Positions 19,345 to 32,956 of a stretch of DNA of 64,000 nt are shown piece after piece. The stretch comes from an uncultured Actinobaculum sp. Lineage in GTDB: Bacteria; Actinomycetota; Actinomycetes; Actinomycetales; Actinomycetaceae. Within the stretch, counting starts at the first letter, position 1, and each line of letters begins with the position of its first letter. The translations under genes and the position numbers were made by a program. The notes below the pieces were generated by a model. The model worked only from the letters and a program-made list of their open reading frames with translations. It had not been told where the DNA came from and ran no database searches. The stretch covers positions 15,138 through 79,137 of the forward strand of contig CALIHR010000026.1 in NCBI GenBank assembly GCA_938020505.1, read 5' to 3'.

Positions 19345-19986
19345 ATGCCCGCCACCCATTGCATCGTCCTCGCCGGCGGCGAGGGAAGGCGCCTCGGCGG
19401 CGCGTCCAAGGCCGACGTCTCGATCGGCGGCCGCCGCCTGCTCGAGCGCGTCGTGGCCGGCGTCCGCCCGTTCGTCGCCGGACGGATCGTCGCGGTGGCG
19501 CCCGACTCGGTCGATGTTCCGCCCGGAGTGCTCAGGACTTTGGAGGATCCCCCCGCCGGGGGCCCGCTCGCGGGGATCGACGCGGGGCTCACGGCGCTCG
19601 GCGCATCGGCGGCCGCGGGGGAGCCGCCGGCCGCGGAGCGAGACATGGTTTTCGTCTTCGCCGTCGACACGCCGCAGGCGGGGGCCCTGGCGCCGAGGCT
19701 GGCCGCGGCCGCCCGCGGCCGAGACGGCGCCGTCGTCGTCGGCGGGGAGCCTCCCTTTCGCCAGTTTCTTCAGGCGATTTACCGAATCGAAGCCTTGCGG
19801 GCCGCGATCAGGGGGGCCGGACGGCCCAGGAACAGAGGCGTGCGGCGGACGCTGGGCGGCTTGGACCTCGTCGAAGTGCCGGCCTCGGCCGACGAATGCC
19901 GCGACGTCGATACGCCGGAGGACGTGTCCTGGTGGTCGAAGGCCCTCGGCTCGTCCGACTCGGGCGTAGCGCCCCTCGAGCCATAG
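19345..19986 (+). CDS. mobA: Molybdenum cofactor guanylyltransferase MobA
   Basis: CIVLAGGEGRRLGG N-terminal nucleotide-binding motif and FAVDTP. Its product bis-MGD is the cofactor NarG requires. Confidence 0.8.
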   Translation: MPATHCIVLAGGEGRRLGGASKADVSIGGRRLLERVVAGVRPFVAGRIVAVAPDSVDVPPGVLRTLEDPPAGGPLAGIDAGLTALGASAAAGEPPAAERDMVFVFAVDTPQAGALAPRLAAAARGRDGAVVVGGEPPFRQFLQAIYRIEALRAAIRGAGRPRNRGVRRTLGGLDLVEVPASADECRDVDTPEDVSWWSKALGSSDSGVAPLEP

Positions 19987-20121
19987 GCCTGCCGGTCCGT
20001 CGCCGCCTTGGCATGGCTCCCGCAGCCGGTTCCGTCTCGTCGCCTTCGCCTTGCGCCGGCCCGCCAGCCCTTGTCAGCCGGCCCTTCGCGTTGCGCTCTG
20101 AGGCTCGGGGCGCTTCGGGCG

Positions 20122-20625
20122 TCAGGCTTCGTCAAGCTGGGCCAGGATGTGGGGCACGAGAGGTTCGACGACGTCGAGGGTGTCCTGCGCTCCGCCGGAG
20201 GATCCGGGGGAGACGACGATGAGGGCGCCCGTGCGGTTGCGGGCGCTGACTCCGACCACTCCGCGGGACAGCGAGGCGAGAGGCGTCTTGGCCAGCCCGT
20301 GGGCGCGAATCTGCTCGGCGATTCCGGGGATCTCGACGTCGATGAAGGCGCGCGCCGCCTCCGGGGCGTCATTTCCCTCGCGAAACCCGGACCCTCCGAG
20401 AATGAGGACGAGGCGGTCGCCGCGTCGCAAAGACTCGGCTATCTCCCTCTCGATGTCGGATCGGCTCTCCGCGACGACGCGCAGCCGAGGCTCGGGCATG
20501 CCGAGGCCCGCGAGGCGCCGGACGCAGCCGGGCCCGGCTTTGTCCTCTTTCTCGCCTGAGAGGACGCGGTCGCTCACGACGACGACGGTCGAACGGATGC
20601 TCTCGGGACTCCACTCGGGGGACAT
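20122..20625 (-). CDS. mogA: Molybdenum cofactor biosynthesis protein MogA/MoaB (MPT adenylyltransferase)
   Basis: ATG with GAGGAGG ribosome-binding site. STVVVVSDRVLSGEKEDKAGP and LVLILGGSGF motifs. Confidence 0.8.
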   Translation of the reverse strand: MSPEWSPESIRSTVVVVSDRVLSGEKEDKAGPGCVRRLAGLGMPEPRLRVVAESRSDIEREIAESLRRGDRLVLILGGSGFREGNDAPEAARAFIDVEIPGIAEQIRAHGLAKTPLASLSRGVVGVSARNRTGALIVVSPGSSGGAQDTLDVVEPLVPHILAQLDEA

Positions 20626-20893
20626 GAAACCTCCTCGGCTCGACGGCTGTTTGGCGACTGTGGGTCTGCGGCCATCATAGGGCTTCGCAAAATAGGCCTT
20701 CGCGCGCGAAGGCTGCTCGCCCCGCCTGTCAGTTCGGCTGCGTCGCCGATTAGTTTGGCTGCTTTTCGCTGCTTTCAAGCGCTTCTTTGTTTTGTGTGGG
20801 AAAAACCGAATAAAATATTGTGTAGTCTACGCAATAGATTCACAGCCGGATTGAAAGGCATCCGAGACCACACCGATAAGAACGGAGAACAAC

Positions 20894-21712
20894 ATGCATC
20901 GACGCATCGCGGCGGCTTTTGGCGCGGCACTGTTCCTCTTGTCCGCATGCGGCGACGACGCCGTTTCGAATTCGACTGGCTCCCCGTCCGGCGGCGCATC
21001 GGGAAAGGCGGCCAAGGTCAACGTGTTCGCGGCGGCCTCCCTCAAGGAGTCCTTCGGAGAGATGGAGAAGAAGTTCGAATCTGCGCATCCCGACGTCGAC
21101 CTCGTCTTCAACTTCGCAGGCTCTCAGGAACTCGTCGAACAAATCAACTCCGGCGCCCCGGCCGACGTCGTCGCCACGGCCAACACATCGACGATGGACG
21201 CGCTCAAGTCCAAGGGCAAGGTCGCAGACACGAAGGTCTTCGCTTCGAACACCCTCGTCCTCATCACGCCCAAGGGAAACCCCGCGAAGATCACAGGCCT
21301 CGATTCGTCCCTGGACAAGGCCAAGCTCGTCATCTGCACTCCCAAGGCGTCCGCGGGCGGCAAGACGGTGCCGTGCGGAACCGCGACCGCCGCGCTCGTC
21401 AAGAAGCTCGGCGTGAAGCTCAACCCCGTTTCCGAGGAGCAGAAGGTGACAGACGTTCGCAGCAAAGTGATATCGGGCGAGGCCGACGCAGGCATCGTCT
21501 ATCGCACGGACGCCGTCGCCGGCGGCAAAGAGGTCGAGACAATCGAGATTCCCGGCGCCGACACGATTGTCAACAATTACCCGGTCGGAGTGGTCAAGGA
21601 GTCTAAGAATTCGGCCAAAGCCAAGGCCTTCGCCGACTATGTGACATCGCGGGAGGGGCAGGCGACGCTCAAGAAGCACGGCTTCAACGAGGCCGGGGCC
21701 GGTGGGCGATAG
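20894..21712 (+). CDS. modA: Molybdate ABC transporter substrate-binding lipoprotein ModA
   Basis: Signal peptide with LLSAC lipobox. VNVFAAASLKESFGEMEKKFESAHPDVDLVFNFAGSQEL is typical of ModA. Confidence 0.9.
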   Translation: MHRRIAAAFGAALFLLSACGDDAVSNSTGSPSGGASGKAAKVNVFAAASLKESFGEMEKKFESAHPDVDLVFNFAGSQELVEQINSGAPADVVATANTSTMDALKSKGKVADTKVFASNTLVLITPKGNPAKITGLDSSLDKAKLVICTPKASAGGKTVPCGTATAALVKKLGVKLNPVSEEQKVTDVRSKVISGEADAGIVYRTDAVAGGKEVETIEIPGADTIVNNYPVGVVKESKNSAKAKAFADYVTSREGQATLKKHGFNEAGAGGR

Positions 21713-23744
21713 GCGTCCTCGCACCCGGAAGCGGCGTGCGAGGCGCGTGAACGTCTCACCCTTGCCTTGGTGGCTCGTTCTCTTTGCTTCGGCCAGCGCC
21801 GCGTATCTCGTCCTCCCGCTCGTTTTTATGGGATCGAGGGTGCCGTGGGACCAATTCCCCGCGGTGCTTTCGAGCGACGAGGCGGCGGACGCCCTCTCGT
21901 TGAGCCTGAAGACGTGCGCCGCAGCCTTGGCGATCGACCTAGTCCTGGGAGTTCCCCTGGCCGTGGCCCTTTCGAGAGACTGGCGAGGCGTCGGCGTTCT
22001 GCGCGTGCTCGTCGCGCTCCCGCTCGCCCTTCCGCCGGTTGTCGCAGGCATCGCCTTGGTCGCCGCCTTCGGCCGAAGAGGCGTTCTCGGCTCGCAGCTG
22101 GAGGCTTTCGGCGTGACCGTCGCCTTCACAACGGCGGCGGTCGTTCTTGCCCAGGTGTTCGTCTCTCTGCCGTTTTTGGTCGTGACTCTCGAAGCGGCGC
22201 TCAGGTCGCGCCCGCGTGGCTTAGAGGAGACGGCCGCCAGCCTGGGCGCCCGGCCTACGCGTGTGCTTGCGAGCGTCACCCTTCCCATGGTCGTTCCGGG
22301 TGTGGCGCGCGGCGCGGCGCTCGCGTTGGCGCGCTGCCTCGGGGAGTTCGGCGCCACGCTGACTTTCGCCGGATCGCTCCAGGGAATCACGCGCACGCTT
22401 CCGATTCAGGTCTATCTGGCGCGCGAATCGGCGGACAAGACGGATCTGGTCCTCGGCATCATCCTCGTGGGCGTTGCGGCCCTCGTCGTCGCCGCGACCG
22501 AGATGCCCGCCAGAGGCAGGAGGCGCGTGCGCGAGGAGGAAAGCCTCGACGACGGAGGCAACCCCGACGCCGTCGACGCTCCGCAGCCCTCGCAGCCCGT
22601 AGAGAAGACGGCTGTTCCCCTTCGCGTGGAGGGGAGAGTCGTCGAACGCGGATGGGACGTTTCCATCGACGTCGGAGCGGGCGAGGTCCTGGCGGTCATG
22701 GGCCACAACGGGGCGGGAAAGTCGACGCTCGCCGAGGTCCTCTCCGGCTCTCTCGCGCTGGACTCCGGCACGGTGAAAATTGGAGACCTCACCGTGGACG
22801 CCGCCGGAGCCTTCATTCCGCCGCGAGGGCGCGGCGTGGCGATGGTCAGCCAGAATCCCCGGATATTCGAACACATGACAGTGTTGGCGAATGTCGCCTT
22901 CCCTCTCGTGTGCCGCGGATTCCCGCGCGCCCGGGCGCGGCGGCTCGCCCGCGAGCAACTGAGGAAGGTCGGCTGCGAGCGGCTCGCCGCGCGCCGCGGC
23001 GGCCAACTTTCGGGAGGCCAGGCGGCCCGCGTCGCGCTCGCCCGGGCGCTTGTCTTCTCGCCCCGCCTGCTCATTCTCGACGAGCCGACGGCCGCCCTCG
23101 ACGTCGAAGCGAGCTCGCGAGTGGGGGCGATACTCGTCGATCGGCTGAAATCAGACGGGACGACAACCGTTCTCGTGACCCACGACGTGGCCGAGGCCGT
23201 CGAGCTGGGCACGCGCATGATAGTGCTGGAACGCGGAAGGGTCGTCGAGGACGGCTCGCCGGCCGAGATTCTGGCCCGCCCGGTCAGCGCTTTTGGAGCG
23301 AGCCTCGCCGGGCTCAACGCCGTCGCGGGAGTCTTGAAGACCGACGGGGACGGGCTTCCGTCGATCGACGTCGGCGGCGGGCAAGGGCTCACGGCCGCAG
23401 AGGCATCCGGGATCGCCGCCGGGCAGCCTGTGACGTTCATGTTCGCGCCGGAGGCGGTCGCTCTCTCCTCCGGGAAGGTCGTCGGATCGGCGCGGTCGTC
23501 TTTGCCGGCGACGGTCGAAAGGGTGAGCACCGTGGGAGGCCTAGTCACCGTCCGACTTCGCTTTCCAAACGGGGCGCCCTTCAACGCGAGGATCACCCCG
23601 GCGGCGCTCGCCGAACTGGCGCTCACGCCCGGCGACGACGCGGTCGCCACGGTCAAGGCCACGCAGATACGCGCAGTGGGCGCGGGGCGCGGCGTTTCGG
23701 CGGCGGAGGCACGCAATCGCCCCGCGGCGGGCACACTCGCGTGA
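21702..23744 (+). CDS. modBC: Fused molybdate ABC transporter: permease (ModB) plus ATP-binding protein (ModC) with a C-terminal TOBE/Mop domain, in a single 680-aa polypeptide.
   Basis: An N-terminal ~270-aa region with the EAA-like loop (EETAASLGARPTRVLASVTLP) is followed by Walker A GHNGAGKST, LSGGQAARVALARAL, Walker B LLILDEP and a C-terminal Mop-like beta region. The exact start (GTG/ATG near 21702-21740) is uncertain. Confidence 0.85.
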   Translation: MGDRRPRTRKRRARRVNVSPLPWWLVLFASASAAYLVLPLVFMGSRVPWDQFPAVLSSDEAADALSLSLKTCAAALAIDLVLGVPLAVALSRDWRGVGVLRVLVALPLALPPVVAGIALVAAFGRRGVLGSQLEAFGVTVAFTTAAVVLAQVFVSLPFLVVTLEAALRSRPRGLEETAASLGARPTRVLASVTLPMVVPGVARGAALALARCLGEFGATLTFAGSLQGITRTLPIQVYLARESADKTDLVLGIILVGVAALVVAATEMPARGRRRVREEESLDDGGNPDAVDAPQPSQPVEKTAVPLRVEGRVVERGWDVSIDVGAGEVLAVMGHNGAGKSTLAEVLSGSLALDSGTVKIGDLTVDAAGAFIPPRGRGVAMVSQNPRIFEHMTVLANVAFPLVCRGFPRARARRLAREQLRKVGCERLAARRGGQLSGGQAARVALARALVFSPRLLILDEPTAALDVEASSRVGAILVDRLKSDGTTTVLVTHDVAEAVELGTRMIVLERGRVVEDGSPAEILARPVSAFGASLAGLNAVAGVLKTDGDGLPSIDVGGGQGLTAAEASGIAAGQPVTFMFAPEAVALSSGKVVGSARSSLPATVERVSTVGGLVTVRLRFPNGAPFNARITPAALAELALTPGDDAVATVKATQIRAVGAGRGVSAAEARNRPAAGTLA

Positions 23745-23867
23745 AGCGGCGGGCACACGCAGCCGTCCCGCGCGGGGCACGCTCAGGTGAAACGGCATAC
23801 ACGCCCAGGTGAAGCAGTGGACACGCTCACATCGATACGCGGAGCGTCGCATCCTTTCACACCGTAA

Positions 23868-25379
<1,512 letters not shown>

Positions 25380-25392
25380 GAGCCTCGTTCTG

Positions 25393-26115
25393 TCAGCCGC
25401 GCGGCTCGGCGACCGGCCAATCGAAGGAGTCCGTGAACTCACGGCCCCTCTCAGCGGCTTTGCGTGCGAGAAAGGCCATGAAATCGGCGTGCGTCTCGCA
25501 TTCCCTCTCCTGCAGGTCCTCCAATTCGGCGCGCGCGAACTCCGGGAATTTGCGGACTATCGCGGCCAGCAGGCGCAGCGTGGCCAGAACGTCGGCCTCG
25601 GCGTTGTGAAAATGGTCCTCGGCATGGACGCCGTAATGGCGGCAGAGGTCCTCGAGCCGCCTTTTCCCCTTGCGATATCGGTCGGCCGAGCGGTCGAGCA
25701 GGTACGGGTCGACGACGGGGAAGACTTCGCCGCCCAGCCTCTCGGCCAAGGTGGGCAGCCCGTGTCTGTCCAATTCGCTCTCTAGAAGGGTGAAATCGTA
25801 GGTCGCGTTGAAGGCGACCGCCGGATGTCCGCGCCCCATGTGCCCGGCCAGGAGCGCCGCGACTTCTTCGAGGACCTCGTCCGAGGGCCTGCCTTCGGCG
25901 CGCGCCTGCTCCGTCGTGATCCCGTGCACCGCGCTTGCCCGTTCGGGTATCTCGACGCCGGGATCGGCGAGCCAGTAGCGTTTCGACACCCCTTCCTCCG
26001 TCACGGCGACGAGCGAGCAAGTCACGAGGCGGTCCCGCTTCGGATCTATTCCCGTCGTCTCCGTGTCGAAGCCGATCACCGGCGAGGAGGTCCAGATTGC
26101 GTTCTCTTCGTCCAT
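25393..26115 (-). CDS. DEDDh 3'-5' exonuclease (DnaQ / DNA polymerase III epsilon-like)
   Basis: Exo I FDTETTGIDP and Exo III HNAEADVLATLRL motifs. Start set at the internal ATG (MDEEN) because the upstream part of the ORF is Arg-rich junk. Confidence 0.8.
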   Translation of the reverse strand: MDEENAIWTSSPVIGFDTETTGIDPKRDRLVTCSLVAVTEEGVSKRYWLADPGVEIPERASAVHGITTEQARAEGRPSDEVLEEVAALLAGHMGRGHPAVAFNATYDFTLLESELDRHGLPTLAERLGGEVFPVVDPYLLDRSADRYRKGKRRLEDLCRHYGVHAEDHFHNAEADVLATLRLLAAIVRKFPEFARAELEDLQERECETHADFMAFLARKAAERGREFTDSFDWPVAEPRG

Positions 26116-26339
26116 GGCTTCATGGTATCGGCGGGGACCGACGCTTTTCCGTCTCCATTCTCCCGCTCGCCGACGGAGGCCCACAGCTTCGCCGACGGGG
26201 TCGGCCTGCCGCTCCGCGGGCCGGCGTTCGCCACCTGCTTGTCGCGCCCCGTCAGGCGCCGGCCTGCCCGGCGCCTGACGGGTAACACGCGGCCGGGCCG
26301 GACGGCTGACTCGCATAGGCGGCGCGGTAGGCTTGAGGC

Positions 26340-27449
26340 GTGAGCGAGATCGAGATAGGACGGGGAAAGAGGGCGCGTCGCGCCTACACGCTGGACGACG
26401 TCGCCGTCGTCCCAAGAAGGCGCACCCGCGACGCCGACGAAGTCTCCACTTCCTGGCAGTTCGACGCCTACCACTTAGACATCCCGGTTCTTTCGGCCCC
26501 CATGGATTCGGTTTCCTCCCCGGCCACGGCGATCGAGATCGGAAGGCTCGGCGGGGTGGGGGTCCTCGATCTGGAGGGCCTGTGGACGCGTTACGAGGAT
26601 CCTGCGGAGGAGTTCGCCCGAATCGCCCGGGCCGATCCCAAAGAGGCCACCTCCTTGTTTCAACGTCTCTATTCGACGCCCGTCAAACGAGACCTCATTT
26701 TTTCCCGACTGGCAGAAATCCGCTCCGCGGGGGTCCCCGTGGCCGGGGCGCTGTCGCCCGGACGCACGCAGGATCTGTGGAAGACGGTCGTCGATGCGGG
26801 AGTGGACCTTTTCGTCATTCGCGGCACAACGGTTTCCGCCGAGCACGTCTCCGCTTCCCGGGAACCGCTCAATCTCAAGCGTTTCATCTACGAACTGGAG
26901 GTGCCCGTCCTGGTCGGCGGCGCCGTGACCTACACCGGCGCGCTCCATCTCATGCGCACCGGCGCGGCCGGCGTGCTCGCCGGATACGGGGGAGGGGCCG
27001 CCTCCGCGACCCGCCGAACGGTGGGGATAGCCGCCCCCATGGCAACCGCCGTGGCCGACATCGCCGCGGCGCGCCGAGATTACCTCGACGAGTCAGGCGG
27101 ACGCTACGTCCACGTCATCGCCGACGGGTCGGTTTCGACCTCCGGCGACCTCGTGAAGGCGATAGCCTGCGGGGCCGACGCCGTCATGCTCGGCACCGCC
27201 TTGGCCAGGGCTGCGGAAGCTCCCGGCCGCGGATGGCATTGGGGGCCCGAGGCGTGGCATGGCACGCTCCCCAGGGGCGAGCGGGTCAAGGTCGCCACGG
27301 TCGGACGCCTCCGCGACATCCTCAACGGCCCGTCCCACCAGGCCTCCGGGTTCACCAACTTCATGGGGGCGCTGCGCCACGCGATGGCCGCCAACGGATA
27401 CCTCGACCTCAAGGAGTTCCAGCGGGCGGAGCTGGTCGTCACGGCATAG
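26340..27449 (+). CDS. guaB3: GuaB3-type IMP dehydrogenase-related protein (actinobacterial IMPDH paralog without CBS domain)
   Basis: YTLDDVAVVPRRRTRD...VSTSWQFDAY...GGVGVLDLEG is the typical GuaB3 N-terminus, on a TIM-barrel IMPDH fold. Confidence 0.85.
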   Translation: MSEIEIGRGKRARRAYTLDDVAVVPRRRTRDADEVSTSWQFDAYHLDIPVLSAPMDSVSSPATAIEIGRLGGVGVLDLEGLWTRYEDPAEEFARIARADPKEATSLFQRLYSTPVKRDLIFSRLAEIRSAGVPVAGALSPGRTQDLWKTVVDAGVDLFVIRGTTVSAEHVSASREPLNLKRFIYELEVPVLVGGAVTYTGALHLMRTGAAGVLAGYGGGAASATRRTVGIAAPMATAVADIAAARRDYLDESGGRYVHVIADGSVSTSGDLVKAIACGADAVMLGTALARAAEAPGRGWHWGPEAWHGTLPRGERVKVATVGRLRDILNGPSHQASGFTNFMGALRHAMAANGYLDLKEFQRAELVVTA

Positions 27450-27510
27450 CGTCCGAGGCCTGCGACGGCGCAAGCCGACGTCGAGAATCCGAGTTTCCGG
27501 TTCAAACGGC

Positions 27511-27565
27511 GACAAGCCGGCCGCCGAAGGGGCGGCTTTCGCGCGCCTTCGGCGGCCGGCTTGTC
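27511..27565. terminator. Large perfect inverted repeat (19-20-bp arms) between the convergent guaB3 and deacetylase genes, i.e. a bidirectional terminator.
   Basis: gacaagccggccgccgaagg - 16-nt loop - cttcggcggccggcttgtc. Confidence 0.6.
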
Positions 27566-27577
27566 GCAGGCTTCGGC

Positions 27578-29104
27578 CTACTTGACGTTGTGCTGGCTGA
27601 AGATCCTGTGGCCGACGTAGGGAGTCATGTCGTCTCCCATCAGCTGAGGAACCGTCACCAGGGTGTATCCCTTCGCCCGGAGCTGGTCGATCAGCCCGGG
27701 GACGGCGTCGACCGAGCTGGCGTGGATGTCATGCATGAGAATGACCGAACCGGGCCTGGCCCCCGCGAGCGCGCGCTGCGTTGTGACGGCCGCATTCTTG
27801 TTCTTCCAGTCCTCGGTGTCCACGTCCCACCTCGTCTCAGCCATGCCGTTCTCGCCGATGGCCTTGAGCACTGCCGCGTTCGACGAACCGTACGGGGGCC
27901 TCATGAGCACGGGCGCCGGCGCCCCGGCTTGGACGATCGAGTCGGAGGTGTTCTTGAGCTGCTTGTGGAGCTCTTCGGGATTGAGCTTCGTCAACTGAGG
28001 GTGGTTCCACGAATGGTTGCCGACGGAATGGCCCTCGGCGGCCTCCTTCTTGACGATGTCCGGACGGGACTTCACGTTCTTGCCTATGGTGAAGAAGGTC
28101 GCGCGCACGCCCTTTTCCCTCAGCACTGCGAGCAGCCTGTCGGTCTGGTCGCCGGGGCCGTCGTCGAAGGTCAGCGCCACGCAGGAAGCAACCCTGCAAT
28201 CGACGTCGGGCTTCGGAATCGGCTTGTTTTCGGGCTTTGGAATGGGAACGGGATTGGCTTTCTTCATTATTCCCGAGCGGAGCCTCTTTCCGTCCTCGGT
28301 CAGGAGCTTCTCCACGTCGCGGCTTGCCACTCGATAGGAATCGAAGCCGTTCTCTTTGTCGTTGGGCGCCCTAAGCACAAGGGACCCGTCGCTTTGGAAG
28401 AAGACGCCCGCAGAGCTCATGCCGCTTTGAGGATCGGGAGAGGCCGACGGTGTCGGCGCCGACGTCGAAGAGGCCGACGCCGACGGCGTCGCGGTCGGCG
28501 TGGAATCCGAGCTCGGCCTCGCCGTCGGGGAGTCGGAATTCGGCTTCAAAGCGCGCTTTATCGACATACTCACCGACGTCTTGAGCGAAAGGGATTCGAG
28601 GGCGCGGACAACCTTGTTCTTTCCAGATTGGGTGAGCAAATCCTGCGACTGCTTGACGGACTTGTCGCTCATGTCGAGGTACCAAGTCTGGGTCGAAACG
28701 GCCTTCTTGCCCTGCACGTGCTTCGTCGAATCAACGGCGAAGCAGACGATCGTTCCGCTGGCGCCGCAAACTCCGGGCGACATCGTCAAGTATTCCTTGG
28801 ACGAAGGCCGAGACAGCTTCCTTTGCTCCTGCACAGCCCAAAGATTGACCTTTGACGCCAAGACGTCCGGATTCGCCACGTGAACGAGCGAGCTGTGAGG
28901 CGCCGCGGCGCTCTTTTCCGTTCCAACGTCCAACCCTTCGACCGTTTCCGGGCCGTTGAGCGAAATCGGACGCACTTTGGCGATCGAAATGGCCTTTTCT
29001 GTCGGGCGCGTCGTCGCCGAAGCCGCGTGTGTCTGGCTGCTGGCCGCGCACGAAGCGATGGACAGGCACACCAAGCCCACCGCAATGTTTTTATGTGAAC
29101 GCAT
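27578..29104 (-). CDS. Secreted lipoprotein with a C-terminal polysaccharide deacetylase (NodB/CE4) domain and an N-terminal domain joined by Ser/Thr/Pro-rich linkers.
   Basis: ATG with GGAGTGAAG ribosome-binding site. Lipobox LSIASC. NodB motifs ALTFDDGP, HSVGNHSWNHP and ILMHD. Linkers of the type PTATPSASASSTSAPTPSASP and PVPIPKPENKPIPKP. Confidence 0.8.
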   Translation of the reverse strand: MRSHKNIAVGLVCLSIASCAASSQTHAASATTRPTEKAISIAKVRPISLNGPETVEGLDVGTEKSAAAPHSSLVHVANPDVLASKVNLWAVQEQRKLSRPSSKEYLTMSPGVCGASGTIVCFAVDSTKHVQGKKAVSTQTWYLDMSDKSVKQSQDLLTQSGKNKVVRALESLSLKTSVSMSIKRALKPNSDSPTARPSSDSTPTATPSASASSTSAPTPSASPDPQSGMSSAGVFFQSDGSLVLRAPNDKENGFDSYRVASRDVEKLLTEDGKRLRSGIMKKANPVPIPKPENKPIPKPDVDCRVASCVALTFDDGPGDQTDRLLAVLREKGVRATFFTIGKNVKSRPDIVKKEAAEGHSVGNHSWNHPQLTKLNPEELHKQLKNTSDSIVQAGAPAPVLMRPPYGSSNAAVLKAIGENGMAETRWDVDTEDWKNKNAAVTTQRALAGARPGSVILMHDIHASSVDAVPGLIDQLRAKGYTLVTVPQLMGDDMTPYVGHRIFSQHNVK

Positions 29105-29133
29105 CTTCACTCCATTGTCTTCTTTTGATGCTT

Positions 29134-29583
29134 TTAGCCGCCGTAGCGGTAGATATTTGTCTGCCTTGCCGTGAATCCAGATCTCATATAGAGACGGTTT
29201 GCGGCTTCGCGAGACGGACGCGAGGTGAGATCGACGGATTTCGCGCCGATTTGTTTGGCGTGAGCAATGGCAGCCTCGACGAGGGCCCGCCCTGCTCCCT
29301 GCCCGCGGGCGGCGGAATCGACGACGACGTCTTCGATCCACGCGCGCTTGCCCGTGGGGATGATGAATGTGGCGAGGGTGAGCATTCCCAAGATTCGAAG
29401 TGAATCGTCCTCGGCTCCCGTCGGCACGCCTTCATAGACGAACAGATAGGTCGCCGGCTGGGAGAGGAATTCGTCGAGCTGCTCGTCGTTCAGCGGAGGA
29501 GCGGACGAGGACAGCTGCGGGATCAGCCCATTGACTGCCTCCAGCAGGCCAGGTTCTGCCTCGGCCACAAGCTTGACGGGCAT
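29134..29583 (-). CDS. GNAT family N-acetyltransferase
   Basis: Acetyl-CoA binding motif A VDSAARGQGAGRALVEAAIAHAK. Confidence 0.8.
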   Translation of the reverse strand: MPVKLVAEAEPGLLEAVNGLIPQLSSSAPPLNDEQLDEFLSQPATYLFVYEGVPTGAEDDSLRILGMLTLATFIIPTGKRAWIEDVVVDSAARGQGAGRALVEAAIAHAKQIGAKSVDLTSRPSREAANRLYMRSGFTARQTNIYRYGG

Positions 29584-29769
29584 GTGCCTTTCCTTTCGAT
29601 TGTTTCTCTTTCAATGTTTTTGCGCGATAAACGGCTGACTGAGACTTTACGTCAAGGCTGCCCCTAATATCGATATTAGGGGCGGGAGAGTTGCGCATCC
29701 CATTCGGGTAAGGGGAGAAAGCCCCGTCTGCGGCGACTGGCCCCGCCTTCCGTCCTTTTCCGTGCGCCG

Positions 29770-31959
<2,190 letters not shown>

Positions 31960-32062
31960 GGTACAAGTCTGCCAGACGGATCCGACGCAAAAGATCCGAC
32001 GCAGAGTCGAGACGCCGAGTCGGGGCGCTTCCCAAGCGGCCTAAAGCGATTCTCCAGGCGGC

Positions 32063-32956
32063 CTAAAATGGCCAGCTCCTCGGATCTTGGGGAAAAGAGG
32101 GGTCTTCGGGGAGCGTGAGGTCTTCTCGGGGTATCCGCTCCTGGAGCGCCTGGGAGAGCTGCCGGGGCCCCGGTTCGTGCGGGCTCGGCGTCGGCTCGTG
32201 CGGAGGTCGGGCGAGGCTTTGCGGCGGCGTCGGCTCGTGCGAAGGAGGCGGGTTCTGGGCAGAAAATGAGGCGGGCGAAACGGAAGGCGAAGGAGAGAGC
32301 GTCTGCTTCTCGAAAGAGGTCGGCATCGGCGGGACGGAGGACTCGATCGCCGGGAAATCCGGAGGGAAAATCTCAGGCGTGAAGAGGTATTGGAGGCAGA
32401 CGCTGTAGAACGCCGCGGAATCCTCGATCGACGCCGAGGCCACCGGCTCTATGCCGGCGATGTATCGATTGAGGAGGGCGCCTATGATGAGCCCGACGCC
32501 GGAGGCGGCCCGCAGGCGCCTGTCGGGTCCGCCGAGCATCTTGGACACCGGGGTCACCACGGATTCGTCGATCCACGTTCTGAAAACGTACATCGTCTCT
32601 TCCGAGCTAAGAAGCTGATGGATAAGGACCCGTGCGGCGTGATTGGCGTTCGTCTCTTCCCAAAGGTTGAGGATGACTCTGAAAACTCTCGATCCCGCGC
32701 CTTCAAGGGGCGTCATCTCTTTGAGGGCGGCCGCCACAGGATCGGCGGGCAGCGACATCGCTGCGCGCAAAAGGCCCGATTTTCCGCCAAAATAATAGGA
32801 GACGAGGCTGGGATCGACCCCTGCTTCTTCGGCGATGCCCCGCACGGTGACCGAATTGAATTCGCGGGTGGAGAACTGCTCGCGGGCAACTTCCATGAGG
32901 CGCGATCGTATCTCTCCGCGCACTCCTCGAGGTCCTCGAGCTACCCGCCGTGCCAT
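32063..32956 (-). CDS. TetR/AcrR family transcriptional regulator with an unusual ~95-aa Pro-rich disordered C-terminal extension
   Basis: HTH TVRGIAEEAGVDPSLVSYYFGGKSGLL. The tail reads PPMPTSFEKQTLSPSPSVSPASFSAQNPPPSHEPTPPQSLARPPHEPTPSPHEPGP. ATG set at MARRVARG. Confidence 0.75.
   Translation of the reverse strand: MARRVARGPRGVRGEIRSRLMEVAREQFSTREFNSVTVRGIAEEAGVDPSLVSYYFGGKSGLLRAAMSLPADPVAAALKEMTPLEGAGSRVFRVILNLWEETNANHAARVLIHQLLSSEETMYVFRTWIDESVVTPVSKMLGGPDRRLRAASGVGLIIGALLNRYIAGIEPVASASIEDSAAFYSVCLQYLFTPEIFPPDFPAIESSVPPMPTSFEKQTLSPSPSVSPASFSAQNPPPSHEPTPPQSLARPPHEPTPSPHEPGPRQLSQALQERIPREDLTLPEDPSFPQDPRSWPF

Noticed and set aside
20626-20893. Possible Moco riboswitch or ModE operator in the mogA/modA divergent region
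   Set aside because: The region is AT-rich and promoter-like. I could not recognise the Moco-RNA conserved stems or a ModE-type TATAT-N-ATATA box by eye, so it is left uncalled.
20840-22396. 518-aa minus-strand ORF
   Set aside because: It is antisense to modA/modBC and is low-complexity.
26333-28855. 840-aa plus-strand ORF
   Set aside because: It shares its start region with guaB3 but continues in another frame antisense through the deacetylase gene. It has no domain content and is an artefact.
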